Assembly (NCBI GenBank): GCA_964057225.1 | Contig: OZ059894.1 | Coordinates: 15,500,001-15,564,000, forward strand | DNA: 64,000 nucleotides | Direction: 5' to 3' | Source: Auanema rhodensis | Taxonomy: Eukaryota; Animalia; Nematoda | In this document: piece by piece, positions 1-13,700 of the stretch | Position numbering within the stretch: position 1 is the first letter of the stretch | Layout: every line of letters starts with the position of its first letter | Position numbers and translations under genes: made by a program | The notes under the pieces: generated by a model | Told to the model about the DNA's origin: nothing | Databases searched by the model: none | The model's input: the letters and a program-made list of their open reading frames with translations, nothing else

Positions 1-70
1 AAAATTAAATAAACTATAAGAGAAGTGGATAGAAATATTTTAACAGAACAAAGCTCAATAAATGCTTTAC

Positions 71-190
71 CAGAATCTGTTGAAATTCCAATTTTGTGAT
101 GTGGTTCAACCCTGTCAATGATCGGAAGGATCTTAAAGAAGAGGGCTTTTGAGTCTTTAGTTGTCGTCTTAAACCCATACCGGCGAAATA
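71..190 (-). CDS. Possible exon of a gene running off the left edge; product unknown
   Basis: On the minus strand, TTTTCTAG acceptor (191-198) and GTAAAG donor (65-70) flank 120 nt with two open frames (MGLRRQLKTQKPSS... or FRRYGFKTTTKDSK...). No homology recognised. Confidence 0.3.
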
Positions 191-2233
191 CTAGAAAAAC
201 TAGATGATGTTCTTTAGGTATCATTTTATCTGGGTTAGAGCACAAAAAGCATATCATTAACCGTTAGGTGTTAGTGTAAATTATGCAAAACGATACATGC
301 CAACGTTTGTTTATCTATTAAAATTAGAGCGATAGCCTATCTAGATTTCAAAACAAAACAGAAGGACCAACATCAAAAAAAATCAGAAATTATAACAAAC
401 AATAAAATAAAAAATAGAATATAAAGTGTATGACATTAAGAAAAACTACTTAAATATAGTAGAAAATGATAAATAAAGCAGAATGAAACATTTCTTCAAT
501 GATTACCAAAAGTAAATCAATAGATGGTTTTGTCTATAGATGTAGGCTGCAAAAGGTTAAAAAAGGAACAAAAAAGGAGGATGTCTTGCTGCGTAGAATG
601 GGTGAATGCTGGATGTATGACTATGATTCAATGGGAGACAAAAAAAGAGAGATAGAAGAAAATACTGTATGATTACAGGAGGTCAAAAGAGAAGAAAACA
701 AAGAGAAAACGGGAGAGCTCGGCGATCATGAGAGTCTTAGGCCATGTTGAGGTCCCAGTCTTGGTTGGCCGATTACTATGGTAGAGCTATGCCCTAATAC
801 AGAGGTCACCTCAATCGACATCGGTATTTCGATTACTCTTTGCTGCTAATAGGCGGACGGTAATGGCATAAAAGACCGCAGGAGATCATGTATGGCTCTC
901 ACAATATTTGGGGGCTATCCAATGTATGAGAAGCACTGTATCCTAGAGCAATAGGGCAAATTATCTATGAACATTATAAATCTTAACTAAGTGTTTCGTA
1001 CAAATATATATCTATATATATACTAATGAATAAGAGCTGTTCATCATCCATAATGACATATCTGCATTATTTGAGTAAACACTAAGGTGTTAGGCAGATG
1101 AACCAGACGTTTATTAGAATAGTAATCATATTGGTAAAATAAATAAAAGAGAAGTGCTACCTTTCTGAGCTAACACATAATAACCATAAATAACATATGC
1201 GAGTGAAATAAAAGTTTTTGCTATTCTAATCATTTTTTACAGACAATCTTAGATGCGTTGTTATCTTCTTATCAGTTTTCCCACGGGTTGTTCTTTGAAT
1301 AAGCGGCATTTTTTGGCGCCTTATGTGAGAACAAGGTGTCATTCCAAAAAAGGTAACCGTGCCATTAGGCAATCATGTTATAAATAAGATATCAGGAAAT
1401 AGAATAAAATGAAGAAAGTACAATCTATCATGATCACAAAGCTCAAGTCTCAAAAAAGATGTTCAAAAAACTAAAAATGTGACAGATAGTTGGTCCGATT
1501 CAATATCTAGTTTATTAATGTATTAATTTACAATATGAATGTTTTAGATTACAAGAACTTTATGCTAATGTATGTCAAACCATTTCCATTTCTAATGTAT
1601 GCAAGTCCGGTTGTAGTTTTGATTAGGTCAAGAGATTTAGAATATTAGACGTTCACTATTTATTAAAACTAAAACATGCTATCTTAATGTAACGTGGTTA
1701 ATTGTATTGCTAATTATTAAGAAAAAAAATCCATAAATGTTAATTTTTTTTGACTTACCACGTTTTATATAAAATTAATATAGTAATATCATATTTTGAT
1801 GTTGCGTACACGAAATCATTTGATACATGTTGTAACAAAGTGCTGTTTGCTGTCAACGCTGAAGCTCTCGAACAAAATTAATGTTCAGAAGTAGATGTCT
1901 TGAGGCTATTTTCTGAAACCGGGCTGATACAATTGCTTCTCTATCTTAAGTTGTCCTATGGTTTATAGAACACCCACTCACAACACCTGAGAGATAAACT
2001 ATTAACAAAATGACAATACCAATCTTCATTTATAAAAAGTAAAGATTAAGGGGAACCGCGGATCAATATACTCGTAAATGGCAGATTCTATAAGCTATGT
2101 CATAATATTTCTAAGTTAAAAGATGACTATAATTCTCAACAATAAAAAAAATACCACAAGAGCTATGAGATGCAAGAAGCTATTTGTAAATATTAAACAT
2201 AAGTGATACAACGAAATAAAAGAAACACCGGAT

Positions 2234-4711
2234 TCAATGTTCACCTTCGCGAGCATCCTCGTTACTGCCTTCAGAGCTATCAGCTTCCGAAGGAAGTTGC
2301 TGAAGTATAAGAAGTACTATCGTAATTGAAGACCTAAACTCACTTGTTTTCCCCCTCTGAATGCTTTAAACGCACCTTGTAATGACTGCGGCATTTTTGG
2401 GCGATTTACAGCATGGCCAGGCTCAGATCCTAGAACAATACGAACTCTGTTTCCCCGATAAAAGCTCACCTTCGTCAATACCAAATCCTCCTTTTCGTTT
2501 ATTACGAGGCTCAGAAGGTGGGGTCATTCTGGTCTTTAAAATATTTAAAAAAATGATTTTAAATTAATTTTATCTTACTTGGTAAATGAGTGATCGGAAT
2601 AGACTAATCTCGGCTCTTTCGATTAGGGTTTCACAACTTTCTATAATCCTGAAACAATAAAGTTTATAAAAATACACTAAAGATCAACTTTACTTTCTGT
2701 AAGTATCTTGTCGAGGATCGGGTTGATGCATTCGTACAACGCCACCAACTGAATCTATTTTGGCGAGCAGAGTATCTTGTTCAATAAGTTTGACTATTTC
2801 ACTCTCAATCTTAAATGGTAATAGTATTTAAGAATCTCTTCTTCAAACGAACCAAATGCTCTGTAGTTCTGAAAGCGATAGAAACTTCTTTGATAGAAGC
2901 CGAGGAGAAAGGATAGAAATATTGCACAAGTGCCTGCAAAATATTATATATGTATCATAACTAAATAAGATAAACTACTCGTTCACGGATTATTTTAAAG
3001 AGACAGTCGACATGATCGGCTAAATAAGGATCCAAAAGAAGCTGAAAAATAGCATTGCTGAGAATATTTAAAAACTTTCAACAACCTTATCTCTAAGACT
3101 AGCAAGGGTATCGAAAACGAGTCCAAATCTACTTCCCACAAAGTTTTGCAATAATTCAACCAATTGTGGTTCAGCTTCCAAGAACTTCCTACATATCGCA
3201 TCAGATAAAACTTTTTTCTTAATATCAGTTCTTTCAAAACTAGCTAAGACGGTTAAAGTGGCATAATGTGCAATGTCAGAAGAATGTAAGAGCCAGGGCA
3301 AATCAAGTAAATCAACATCAACCTAGAAAATCAATTTTCTTCAAATGTAAAGGAGAATAATCTTACCTTGATAAGCTTTTCGGCAGCAAGACGATATTTT
3401 CCAGATACAATCTTCGATAAACCATTAATAGCATCAATTTTAGTCTAGAAATTATAAATAAACGTAAGTATATAGAAATTAAAATACCCTAGCTGAACTA
3501 ATTAAATGCCGATTGGATTTGAATCCCTGAACAGTTGCTCGTGCAGCAGAAGATTTGTCTCTCTTTATAAAAAAAATAATAATATAACCAAACACTTATA
3601 TTACCTGATCCGCATCATCAGCATCCGATATACTTCTTTCAGCATTAGAAATCAAAGGATCCACTCTGGCCCATTCATTAGAATAAATTATGACTTCAAG
3701 CCATTGGAGATACATCTGAATGAAAATAACTAAAACATCAAAGAACTCAAACTAACTAGTATCATATGTTTAAATTGACTACAATATTCTCTCATGCCAC
3801 GGGCATATAATCGAAGACAATCAGTATAGTTTCCTGTGATTTTATAATGTTGAAACAACTCGAACATTGCCCGACGGGTTGCTTCCTATATATAAAGAAT
3901 TACAATTGCTTTTAACAAAAATTCTTTACCTTGACACCTTCATCTTTTTGCTTCTTGTAGTCAGTCAGAAGCAAGTCTAAACGAGCAGCAGAAGTAGTAT
4001 GAGTTGTGTCGACCCATTCTTGATCAGGAATAGGTGGATCAACATTGGACTATAAAACCATAAAGTACATAAAAATAAACAAATACTCACGGTTATTCCC
4101 TCCATTTTTTCATAATTTGCAAACAATTGCATATACCGTGGAACATTCATAGAGTCCTAAAAATAAATAAATCATAACAGAAAAATATTTTTACAAACCT
4201 TTCTTATTGAATTTATTAAATGAATTGTGGCATCTTTCTCTAAAGGAGGGCAATGGTCTATGACATATTGAAGCCTAAAGGTTTGTTCGTTTTATGCATA
4301 AAGGATGTATAAAAATTAAACCTTTCAAACAGAGATGGTCCACTATAATTTTGTATTAAAACGTCGAGATCAATAGCAGGTGTATTAACAATAAAAGATT
4401 CATCAGGTTTATTATCTTAAAAGGAAACCGTATTTATTAATATTCAAAATTCTGTAACCTGTAAAATTGCACAAATCTGGTTTCTTAGGCACAGCCTCTT
4501 CAGGTACTGGAGTAGATTCCCGATCATTAAGTTCAAATTCTTGATTAGCATTCATAGCATCGCCATAATAATCATCTATAGGTTCATCTGGTTCGTCCGC
4601 TACCTGCACAATCTCGCGGTTAACCAATAATTTTCAATATTTTCGTACCATTTGATCATCATTTAAATCAGGCTCCATAACATAATCAGGATCAGGAACG
4701 TTTTCAGCCAT
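2234..4711 (-). CDS. csn-1: COP9 signalosome subunit 1 (GPS1/CSN1), multi-exon
   Basis: Spliced frame MAENVPDPDY...DHCPPLE...RLDLLLTDYKKQKDEGVKEATRRAM...ARGMREYC...RKFLEAEPQL...LLAKIDS (PCI domain)...DAREGEH*. Canonical short introns; TTTTGTAG acceptor 2 nt before the ATG. Confidence 0.9.
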
Positions 4712-5335
4712 ATCTACAAAATGCTGAAAGGAATCTATCTATTCAAAATAAATAAAAAAAAAGCTTATTTCTATCAGTAACACTTTTAAAATCATGAAAA
4801 CAATCGAAGATCCACGGGGCGCGGTTTCATTGTAAACGCCGTACAAGGTTGCTAGAACTGAACAGTGGGGGGCTTAACAAACCGTTCAACGAAGTTTGTA
4901 TATATGATGCGTATTATATGGTTTAGTAAAGTTCTATGATCTAGTTATTGTATTTTTTGTTGTGTACATTGAAAATCATATTATGTCATGATACGAAACC
5001 ATTGAATTTTTCCAATCTTATATCTGATAGATTGCCCGAGGGCTTAGATAGATTTTAGTGACAATAACTCTACCCTGTAAATGTTTGCTTAAAATAATTA
5101 AATATGAAATGATATGATATGATAGAGAGTATTAGTGGGTGGGCGAACTCACTAAAGATGTTTTCTGGAATATTGTTATGACAGGTTGTAATGACACCAG
5201 TCACATTTACACCCCTGCTTGCTTTTTATTAGTTCTTATCAGCACGTTTTTTTAATATTTCTACGTTTTTCTCAATTTTTCTTGTTTACTGATGCTTTCT
5301 CAAAGTATTATAGTTTCAATCTTTAGTTTCGAAGA

Positions 5336-5839
5336 ATGGATCAAAAATTTCACGGACTTCATACATGCCTGTTGAAAGAAGGCGCCATAGAGCTTAGAAA
5401 CGGTAAACCATCTTTCTCTGTTAACATCTGTTGAATTTCAGACAGACTTTGTCTGCCTACTGTATGGCCAGAAGATTTAATCAAAGATTTACATGAAACT
5501 CATAATAATTCAACAGATGATAAGAGAGATTTCAAATCATTTTTAAGTAATTGAGTAATATAAATAATACCTCTAAACATTAATTTTAGAATTTATTGAA
5601 ATATTACACTCGAAAAATAAAGAACGTGAAAAAGCAGGTAGTAATTTAGGTTTCATGTACATCATTGATAAATATATATTAGAAAAAACCCTCGCAGATC
5701 GATCTGGTAAAAATAAACTTGAAGAAGAGTAAGATATAATTATTATTTACAAATTATATATGATTTCAGAATATGCGAATTGAATAAACAATCACTGAAA
5801 ATGACCATTCGTCTCAAAAAAGGATTTCAAAAAAAATGA
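5336..5839 (+). CDS. Small 5-exon orphan protein (~110 aa) with basic/coiled C-terminus
   Basis: Four GT-AG introns of ~40-46 nt whose phases join into one frame: MDQKFHGLHTCLLKEGAIELRNDRLCLPTVWPEDLIKDLHETH...MTIRLKKGFQKK*. TTTAG acceptor just upstream of the ATG. Confidence 0.7.
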
Positions 5840-6080
5840 CTAAAACAAGCATCAATCAAAACAATATTTTCAGCTAAAACGCAAAAGAAAGCTTTATGAT
5901 TAATTTATATTTTTATCCATTTGTATTTATACTTCTCATTCACTTTGAATACATACATGGCACTGTTACATTTCTAGTAATCTTTGAATTGTTGCCACTT
6001 ATTGTAATATTTACAAACATTGAAAATAAATTTAATTCATAATAAATAGTGTTTTTGTACAATTTTTATATATTACTCCG

Positions 6081-7398
6081 TTAAACGAATGTTGGTTGTT
6101 CAATATCTGATTTGTTTGACAAGAAATGATAAGAGCTGTTAAGCCAATTAAATACAGGCAGATCAAAAAAGCATTTTCGTACTCGTGCATTAAACATAAG
6201 GAAAAAGTATGGAAAGGTAAGACAAAATAAGTCATTACAAATTGGAAGAATGAATATTGCTGCAGCTCTTTGCCATGAATCCTTCGGAGCTACATATAAG
6301 GCAGCCTAAAATATTTTATTATGAAATTGCATAAAGATGATAAATGATAACAAACCATGGTTATACTTGTAAGAGATTGGAATGTGAAAGCCAGAAAGGT
6401 AACTGATAAAAGGTTGAGTTCTCTTTTATAATTTGAACTCATTGACCGTTGACAAAGTATAAGAATAGATGATAAATTTAATATAACACAGAGAATAGTA
6501 ATCACACATTGGAAGATAGTCAGTCGTAAAATATCATCATAATCATTCTGAAATTTATAAATTAATTTATAAATTTAGATTTTTAAATGATACCGGATAT
6601 GATGAAATGAAATATCCTTGCAACTCATGATTGTATGAATAAAAACTTTGTTTCATTAACATTCCATAAGAAAATGGTATTGGAAAACCGAGCACAAATA
6701 TCACAGTTATCCAAAAGTGTATGTCCCATATCTAAAATTTGATTTAAGACTTATAGACTGGTAATAAAAACTTACTGCCTCTCTTGAAAATGGGCAAGCT
6801 ATTGATCGTAATCTATTCAAAATCATTAGGACAATGATTAGATTTTTTACATAGCAACTATAGTACGTTAAGAAATGTACAAATGTAAGTACTGAAGGAA
6901 AAGGGAATGCATCGAATATATAGGCTAAATTGCTTTCTTTACTGATCTGTAGCGGTAATCGTACAGTCAAATATATAAATATATATGATAGAATATTCTG
7001 AAAAAGTTAAACATTTTTTAAATCAAATTTGTTTAAAAAAAAAGTTTTTTTCAGTACTTTTGTACTTTTTTTAAAAATTGTTTTCTATTTGTTATATTCG
7101 CACAGCCAGTCATACAACAGTTTTTCAATTTAAAATGAAGAGAGATACACGTAACCTATTTTACATATTCAAATATATTATTTATATTATCTTTCACTCA
7201 TTTTTGATATTTAAACAAAAACTACTATTTATCAGATGATTAAGTTAAAATATAACTTACCAAAATGCCCAATGTAACAAATATTTTAACAAAAGATGAA
7301 TTAAAATAACGTCGTTCGCGTATAGTTAATCTAATTACGATTATGTAAAATATAATTGACAGGACACCATATACATTTTGAAATATGAAGAACCACAT
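6081..7398 (-). CDS. Serpentine chemoreceptor, srg-like class, intact, 5 exons
   Basis: MWFFIFQNVYGVLSIIFY...FNSSFVKIF...LTVRLP...LMILNRL...YKRELNL...LPICNDLFCLTFPYFFLMFNARVRK: 7TM pattern with srg-type motifs. Confidence 0.8.
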
Positions 7399-10300
7399 CT
7401 GAAAAATCATAATTTTGAGAAGAAATAAATAGAATAATAATACTACGAAAGTGAAAATAATTTGAAAAAATTAAAATCTAGTTGAACAGAAAATGTTAAA
7501 TCAATGTTGAATCAATCACGCTTTATGCATTGTTATTGAAAAAAAGATAAATTTATAATTTTGAATACTGAAGAAAAGCTACAAGCTAAAGTAATATACT
7601 AAGTTTGTAATACGAAGCTAAGAGATTAAATCATCGATATGAATTAAAATAGAAATATAAAACCTCTTTAGATAGATATAGTTGAATGATGCGAATGCCA
7701 AAAAAAAAGAAAAGAACAAATCTATAGTTATATTAAGAAAAGCAGTTTTCAGCATTTACTATACCACGTTAAACATTTCTATATGCCATCGTCGTAATGC
7801 CTCTTAAATGCGTTTCTTATGTGAAAATTTTGTACTCAGAATGAATATTCGATATGCATTAGAAAAAGCTTCTTTTTGAATAGTTTTCAAGAGAATTTGC
7901 AAGTGTTTCAACTAGGGTAATAGAGTTTAAGGCTCAAACAACACATAGTTAATATTTCAATACAGATATTACACAAAAGGAGAGAAAACGTTGCAAGCTG
8001 AGGAATTAACAAATAGAATTTCTACCTCTGTATTGTTAACGTGCAGGTTGAGATGGGCCACACGGAAGTGGACGAAATAATATTTGAGTGTCCTCAAAGA
8101 ATAGCTGTGGATGTTGAAAGTAGATTCTAACTGAAAAAAATATATAATCATTATCTACAAATATGTAAAAGTTTATTTTGAGAATTTTTAAATTTAGTAG
8201 AAAAGAAGTGCGACAGGAGGAAAATTCTAAAAGTAGATATAAACTGATGACAAAGACATAGTTGAATGGTTCGCTTTCAATTAGACTATGCAGATGGTAG
8301 TAACAAAGAATGAAAAACATCTAATTAGTATAACAAAATTCTTTTATTATGATGATAAAGTTAGAGAACTTCGATTTAATATCTGAATTATACAAACAAG
8401 AAAATAATTATAGAACAAGGTTCAAAATAAAATATATAAGATTTCATCTTATATCTATAGAGAATTTATATTATTTTTATGAATATTAACAATAGAGAGA
8501 AGGACAGATAATGCATTGAGCTTTTAGCAATGAATTGAGAAGACTATCATCACAAATCAAGTCTTTCGAATAGAAAAATGATAGAATAACAAAGAAATAC
8601 AATTGAACTTAACTATAAATAAATCTAAATCAAAGTATTAGATGTTAAAACTCTATAGATAGTTAGATAATAGTCTTATTAAACTAAATTTTCTATTGTA
8701 CTGAGATAGACAATCACATGAAATTACATTTTTTGATCGCCGTACTAGTAATAGAATGTTTTATTGTTGTCGTATTTAAGATTGAACATTCAAACTAAGC
8801 TGTTTAAGTTTCTCAAAGAAATATTGTTCTACTATTTGGATTTATTTGGTTTCTTTCACACACGTAGACAGAAAGTTAGTCGGATAACTTGGGAATTATA
8901 TAAAAATGTCTCAACATTCATAATGAAAAGGTTAATCACCATGAGAGCAAAGGAGGAAAAATGTCTTTTTATAATTTTTTATAACATATGCATAGAGCGG
9001 ACTCAAATTCACAAAAGAAAAGTCAACACCCAATCAAGCTTGTTCAAAAAATGATGTAATGCATTCAAAACAGGAAGAGTAACGAGATACATTGGTGAAA
9101 AATATTGAAGAATAGTTATATGGAACAAAAAATAAGTGACAAGAATGTTAATAAAACGAGATAATTAATAAAAATAAACGATCTTAATGCTCGAAACAGA
9201 TGTTTAAATACGTTCGACCTCACAAAACATGCTCTCTTTCAATGAGTTGAAAAGAAAGCCTTGAAGAAAACAGAACATTAACTAATAAAAACATATTTCT
9301 TGGCCGATATATTGAGCCTTCGTTTCACAAAAACTTGAATAGAATAGAAAGCTTCTTCTTCTGCAAAAAAAAAACATATGTTCAAGGAATAAGTTAGAGC
9401 CATAGATGCAACTGTAGAATATAGCATTTCGAAAATGGTTGAGCTTAACTGTATATAGAACAAATGCTTTATATTTCCAATAATTTGACAACAGTTGATG
9501 ATGTTTAAGATATATAATGAACCTAATCTAAAACACAAAATGTGGCAAATTAATTCTGAACGCGCGAAATACGACAAAGGTCACAAATGATTCTCCTTTA
9601 CAACTCAAAGAGATCTCATCTAGGATAGAAGCAATAATCTTTTCAATAAGATGGATGTAGGATGTCATTACTTCTATATTACAATCAAAGTAACGATGAA
9701 TAAACAAAAAAAAGACAAAACAACAACAGAAAGCACTTATAGCTGCATTGATAAAAGCTCAATGAATCGTTTAATCAATCTATCAACTTTTTGAAACTTA
9801 TTTTTCAGAAGCTAGCAAAACACAATCGACATCGACACAACTCTGAATGTTGTTTCTGTCAACATTAACTTTTTTTACTGCACTCGTTTATTGGAAAACA
9901 CCAATTATCAAGGATTGTAGAGATGACTATTTTAGAATAAAAATTGTAGAAGGGCATAAAACATCACATGAGAGGTGATGTTACCTTTGCTAGTTACTTA
10001 TTTTGGCAAAAAAATCTGACAATAATTTCAATTTTATTGTTGACGTTGACAGTTTTTAAAAGAAGGTGAACATTAGCTTAATAACAAATTAAATTATACA
10101 ATATTCAGAAGATGAAAAATATATGTATATATATATATATATAATAAAAAGGAAAAATAATGATGCTATTTTTAATTTTTTCAGGAAAACGAATTAATAA
10201 TTTTCATTTTTCAATTTGCTATTATTAGATCTTTTAATCATTCTGTTGGACTTGTATGCATCATAATCACTACAAAAGATTGATGTAACTATTTGGTTTC

Positions 10301-10753
10301 ATTGAAATCAGTATGGCTTCCGTAATTTCTGGTTTGTTTGAATTTGTCTATACGTCTAGAACAAAGCTATAGTTTCGATATGCTAATACATATGTGTATT
10401 TACAACTAAGAACTTGTAGAAATGATGATAAATTCATAGTCATGTAATGACAAAGTAAACTTTGCAAGTTCATAATAAGGTATTTTTCGAGGAAATGAAG
10501 TGCATATGACTGAGAGCATTACTCTTATAGCGCATTACTTTTCCTGTCATTGAATAACTAAAACATTTTCAGAACCCAAGTTTGAATCGGAAATACGTCG
10601 AAAGTTATGAAGTGGAAAACTCAAATATTAATTCAGCTTAAGCATTTTGCTTGAAACACCTACGTATAAAGTTGAATTTATTAGTTCTTTTTTTCATTTT
10701 AATTGAATCATAAAAAGTTCTTTTGAAGATTTCATATATATTTATATGCAGAT

Positions 10754-13700
10754 ATGGCAAAACGAGAAGAAAGAATTAAGTAAGTACTAAAGTATAATCA
10801 ATAATAAATTATTATTATTTAGTATTATATTAATTATTACATAAAAACGTTTTTAATTTCTTTCATGTTTTTTTTATTAAAGCATTTCAATTCTAATTTG
10901 TATATTTTATTTACGTGACGTCAATATGTGTGACGTTTTTCACGTGAAGGCACGTTATTACTAATTTTCAACAATGACGCACAAAACAGGTTAAGTATTT
11001 TGCAACCAAAACTAATAAAATACAAAAAAAATATTCTTCAAGAATGCATTCTATTATAGGAAAAAGAAAATTTTATATAAATGTGCTTTGAGCAATACAA
11101 TTAGCAATGTACTTGCTGGTCGTGATGGATGGGCTGAAACGACGTGGGTTGATAATTAAAAATTGTTATAATAATTATATAGTTATATTTTAAAAAGTAA
11201 AGAGAAGAAAAAAAAACTAATTATTTTTGAATCTTCCTCAAGTACTTAGAATTTATAAAAATGATTACTCAAACAACCAGTGATCTTTGTGAAATGATGC
11301 TACTACTTAAAGGGTTGTCCAATGTCTTTTTTTACAATTCTATGAAATTTTCATGAATGTCGTGTGATGTGAATTGTTATACCTGACTAGTAGACAGGTA
11401 TATGTATGCAAGTTGTTGGATTAACCTACAATTTTCAAAAAAAATAAAAAATAAAAAAATGGATACATTTTACTAATATAAATGAAATATAGTTGATGAG
11501 AAAAGTATATTGATAGAAAAAAATAGTTATTTTGAAGATCTGACGATTGGAACTTTTTTTGGACCACTAGAGACTGGATGAATAGCACTTTTGATCGGTT
11601 CAAATTTCGAGAGCGACAATTAGTCTGCCATTTTCGAAATGATTTTGAGTTAACAAGGTAGTTATAATTCGTTTTTCGGAGCTTCCTCTTTTCTGTTAAT
11701 TAAGAAAAGACTTTTTAATAAAAAATTATAAGAAAGCGAAGAAAGCCATGGAGAAAGCTGAAGGCGTTGCATCACGAGACCTTTCATACTTGCCATTGAG
11801 CTATTTACTTCCGGTCAATAAGATCTTCTTCTAATAATTAAAATAATGAGTAATTTCAGTCAGAATATCATCTGTTTGTTGAGGAATTTCGGAAATATTC
11901 TTCTGATACTATTTGGATTATGAAGCCTGTTGCGGGCTCGCAAGGACGAGGAATCTTTTTATTTCGCAAACTGAAAGATATACAAGAATGGAAAAAGGTT
12001 TGTTCATCTTATTATGATAGTTAAAATCTAAAGTACCTTTACATATAAAAATTACGAGCATTTTGAAAAAAAAAGCTATAAAAATAAAATGAAATCATAC
12101 ACTGGAGAGTATCGAGATGCAGTAGGTGGGGATGAGCCAAGCGGAAGGATTGGCTCATTGGTTGTCTGGAGCTTCCCTTGTTGTTATGAGAAGTTGACGT
12201 GTTTAAAATGTAAATCTACTTATATTCTTAAACGTTCTTTTGAGAAAGGCTAGTTAAGTAACTGCTTGAAATGTATTGACAAAGAAGAAAAGCAGAGTAA
12301 TATATACGCTTATTCATGTAGATAAAAAATATATACAATTTCAAGCAGCTTTTTTTCTGCATTTTCTAATAAAAATACGGAATCATGAGATACTGAAAGA
12401 GACACACACTCTCTCTACCATGAAATCTTCTTCTAAATGACCACCAGGATAGCTATTGCGATGAGACAAGCAGGACAAGCACACTCGTCATCTTGGCTGA
12501 CGATGTACCACTTGAACATACCAGCTTTTCATCGTTTGGAATCCTCGAACTTTGCTCTCAAAATATCGAAAAAAAACCTTTAAGACTAAACTCATTTTAG
12601 AGGTAATACTATTTAATCCTTTTTGTCGCTTAAAATGGAAATAATGCATCAAATTTCTTAACAATACATGGAAATATTTTTGCTTTTGACGTCTAGTGCA
12701 ACATTTCAAAAGCAGCATCTCAATTTGAAAGATTTAAAAAAATGTTTTATATACAAATCACATTCTTTAAACTATTTTCAGAAAGACGGGAATGGATCTG
12801 ACATTGTGCCTTATCTTGTTCAATGCTATATTCAGAATCCTTACTTAATTGGAGGAAAAAAATTCGATCTTCGTATTTATGTGCTAGTTACTACGGTCAG
12901 ATACTCCATTCTTAATTAGCTAAAAATTGAATTTTCTATAAAAGAAAGTACGTCGTTTTAGTTCCGTCCACTAACTGTTTGGGTTCATCGAGAAGGATTC
13001 GCACGCTTCTCACATTCACCATATTCAACAGAAGCTGTAGATAATGCTCGTAAGCATGAGAAGCATGCAAATTTTGAAATGAAAAAACTCATTAGTTTCT
13101 CGAAATCAAATGAGAAATTGCCTTTTCAAATTGTTATAGCATGTCTAATATGCTCATAGAAAACTCATCACGATCTGCAAGATATAACTTCTCATTCTCC
13201 TTACAGTCGTTCATCTGACGAATGTGGCTATTGCTAAAACTGCGCTCGACTATGATCCGGAAAGGGGTCTCAAGTGGAGTTTAGACAAGCTATTTCGATA
13301 TCTGAGAGGTCGTCATGGACACAGCCAGGTTATTAACTCATCGAATTGCAAATATGTTTTTGTTTTCAATTGCAGATAACGCAAGTTATGACTGATATTT
13401 CAAATGTAATCATTGAAAGTTTGAAATGTGTGCAAGGGCTCATCATTCAGGTATCATAATGACAAACAGCCTGTGTAAAAATGAACAAAAAAACAAAATT
13501 CCAAAAAGATGAAAAAAACAAAAAAATTTAGTTGAAAAAGATGAAATTGTAAACGAATGCAATCGATCTGTGTGTAGCTGCGTTGAACTGCAAAAAAAAG
13601 GGAAAAGTGAACTTACAGCTTTTGTTCAAATGTATATAAAACCACGTTATTTTGAATAATATGCTAATTTTGAGATATTAATATTTATTTGCATTGAATA

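Noticed and set aside
2345-2376. Apparent micro-exon in csn-1
   Set aside because: The implied 19-nt intron is too short and the frame reads through without it.
7969-9577. Hydrophobic minus-strand ORFs next to the srg gene, as a second chemoreceptor or pseudogene
   Set aside because: No consistent spliced frame or family motif; T-rich DNA gives F/L/I-rich ORFs by chance.
10974-10989. ATG...CAG|GTTAAG as ttll-9 exon 1
   Set aside because: Its phase-1 donor is out of frame with exon 2; the exon at 10754 (phase 2) fits.
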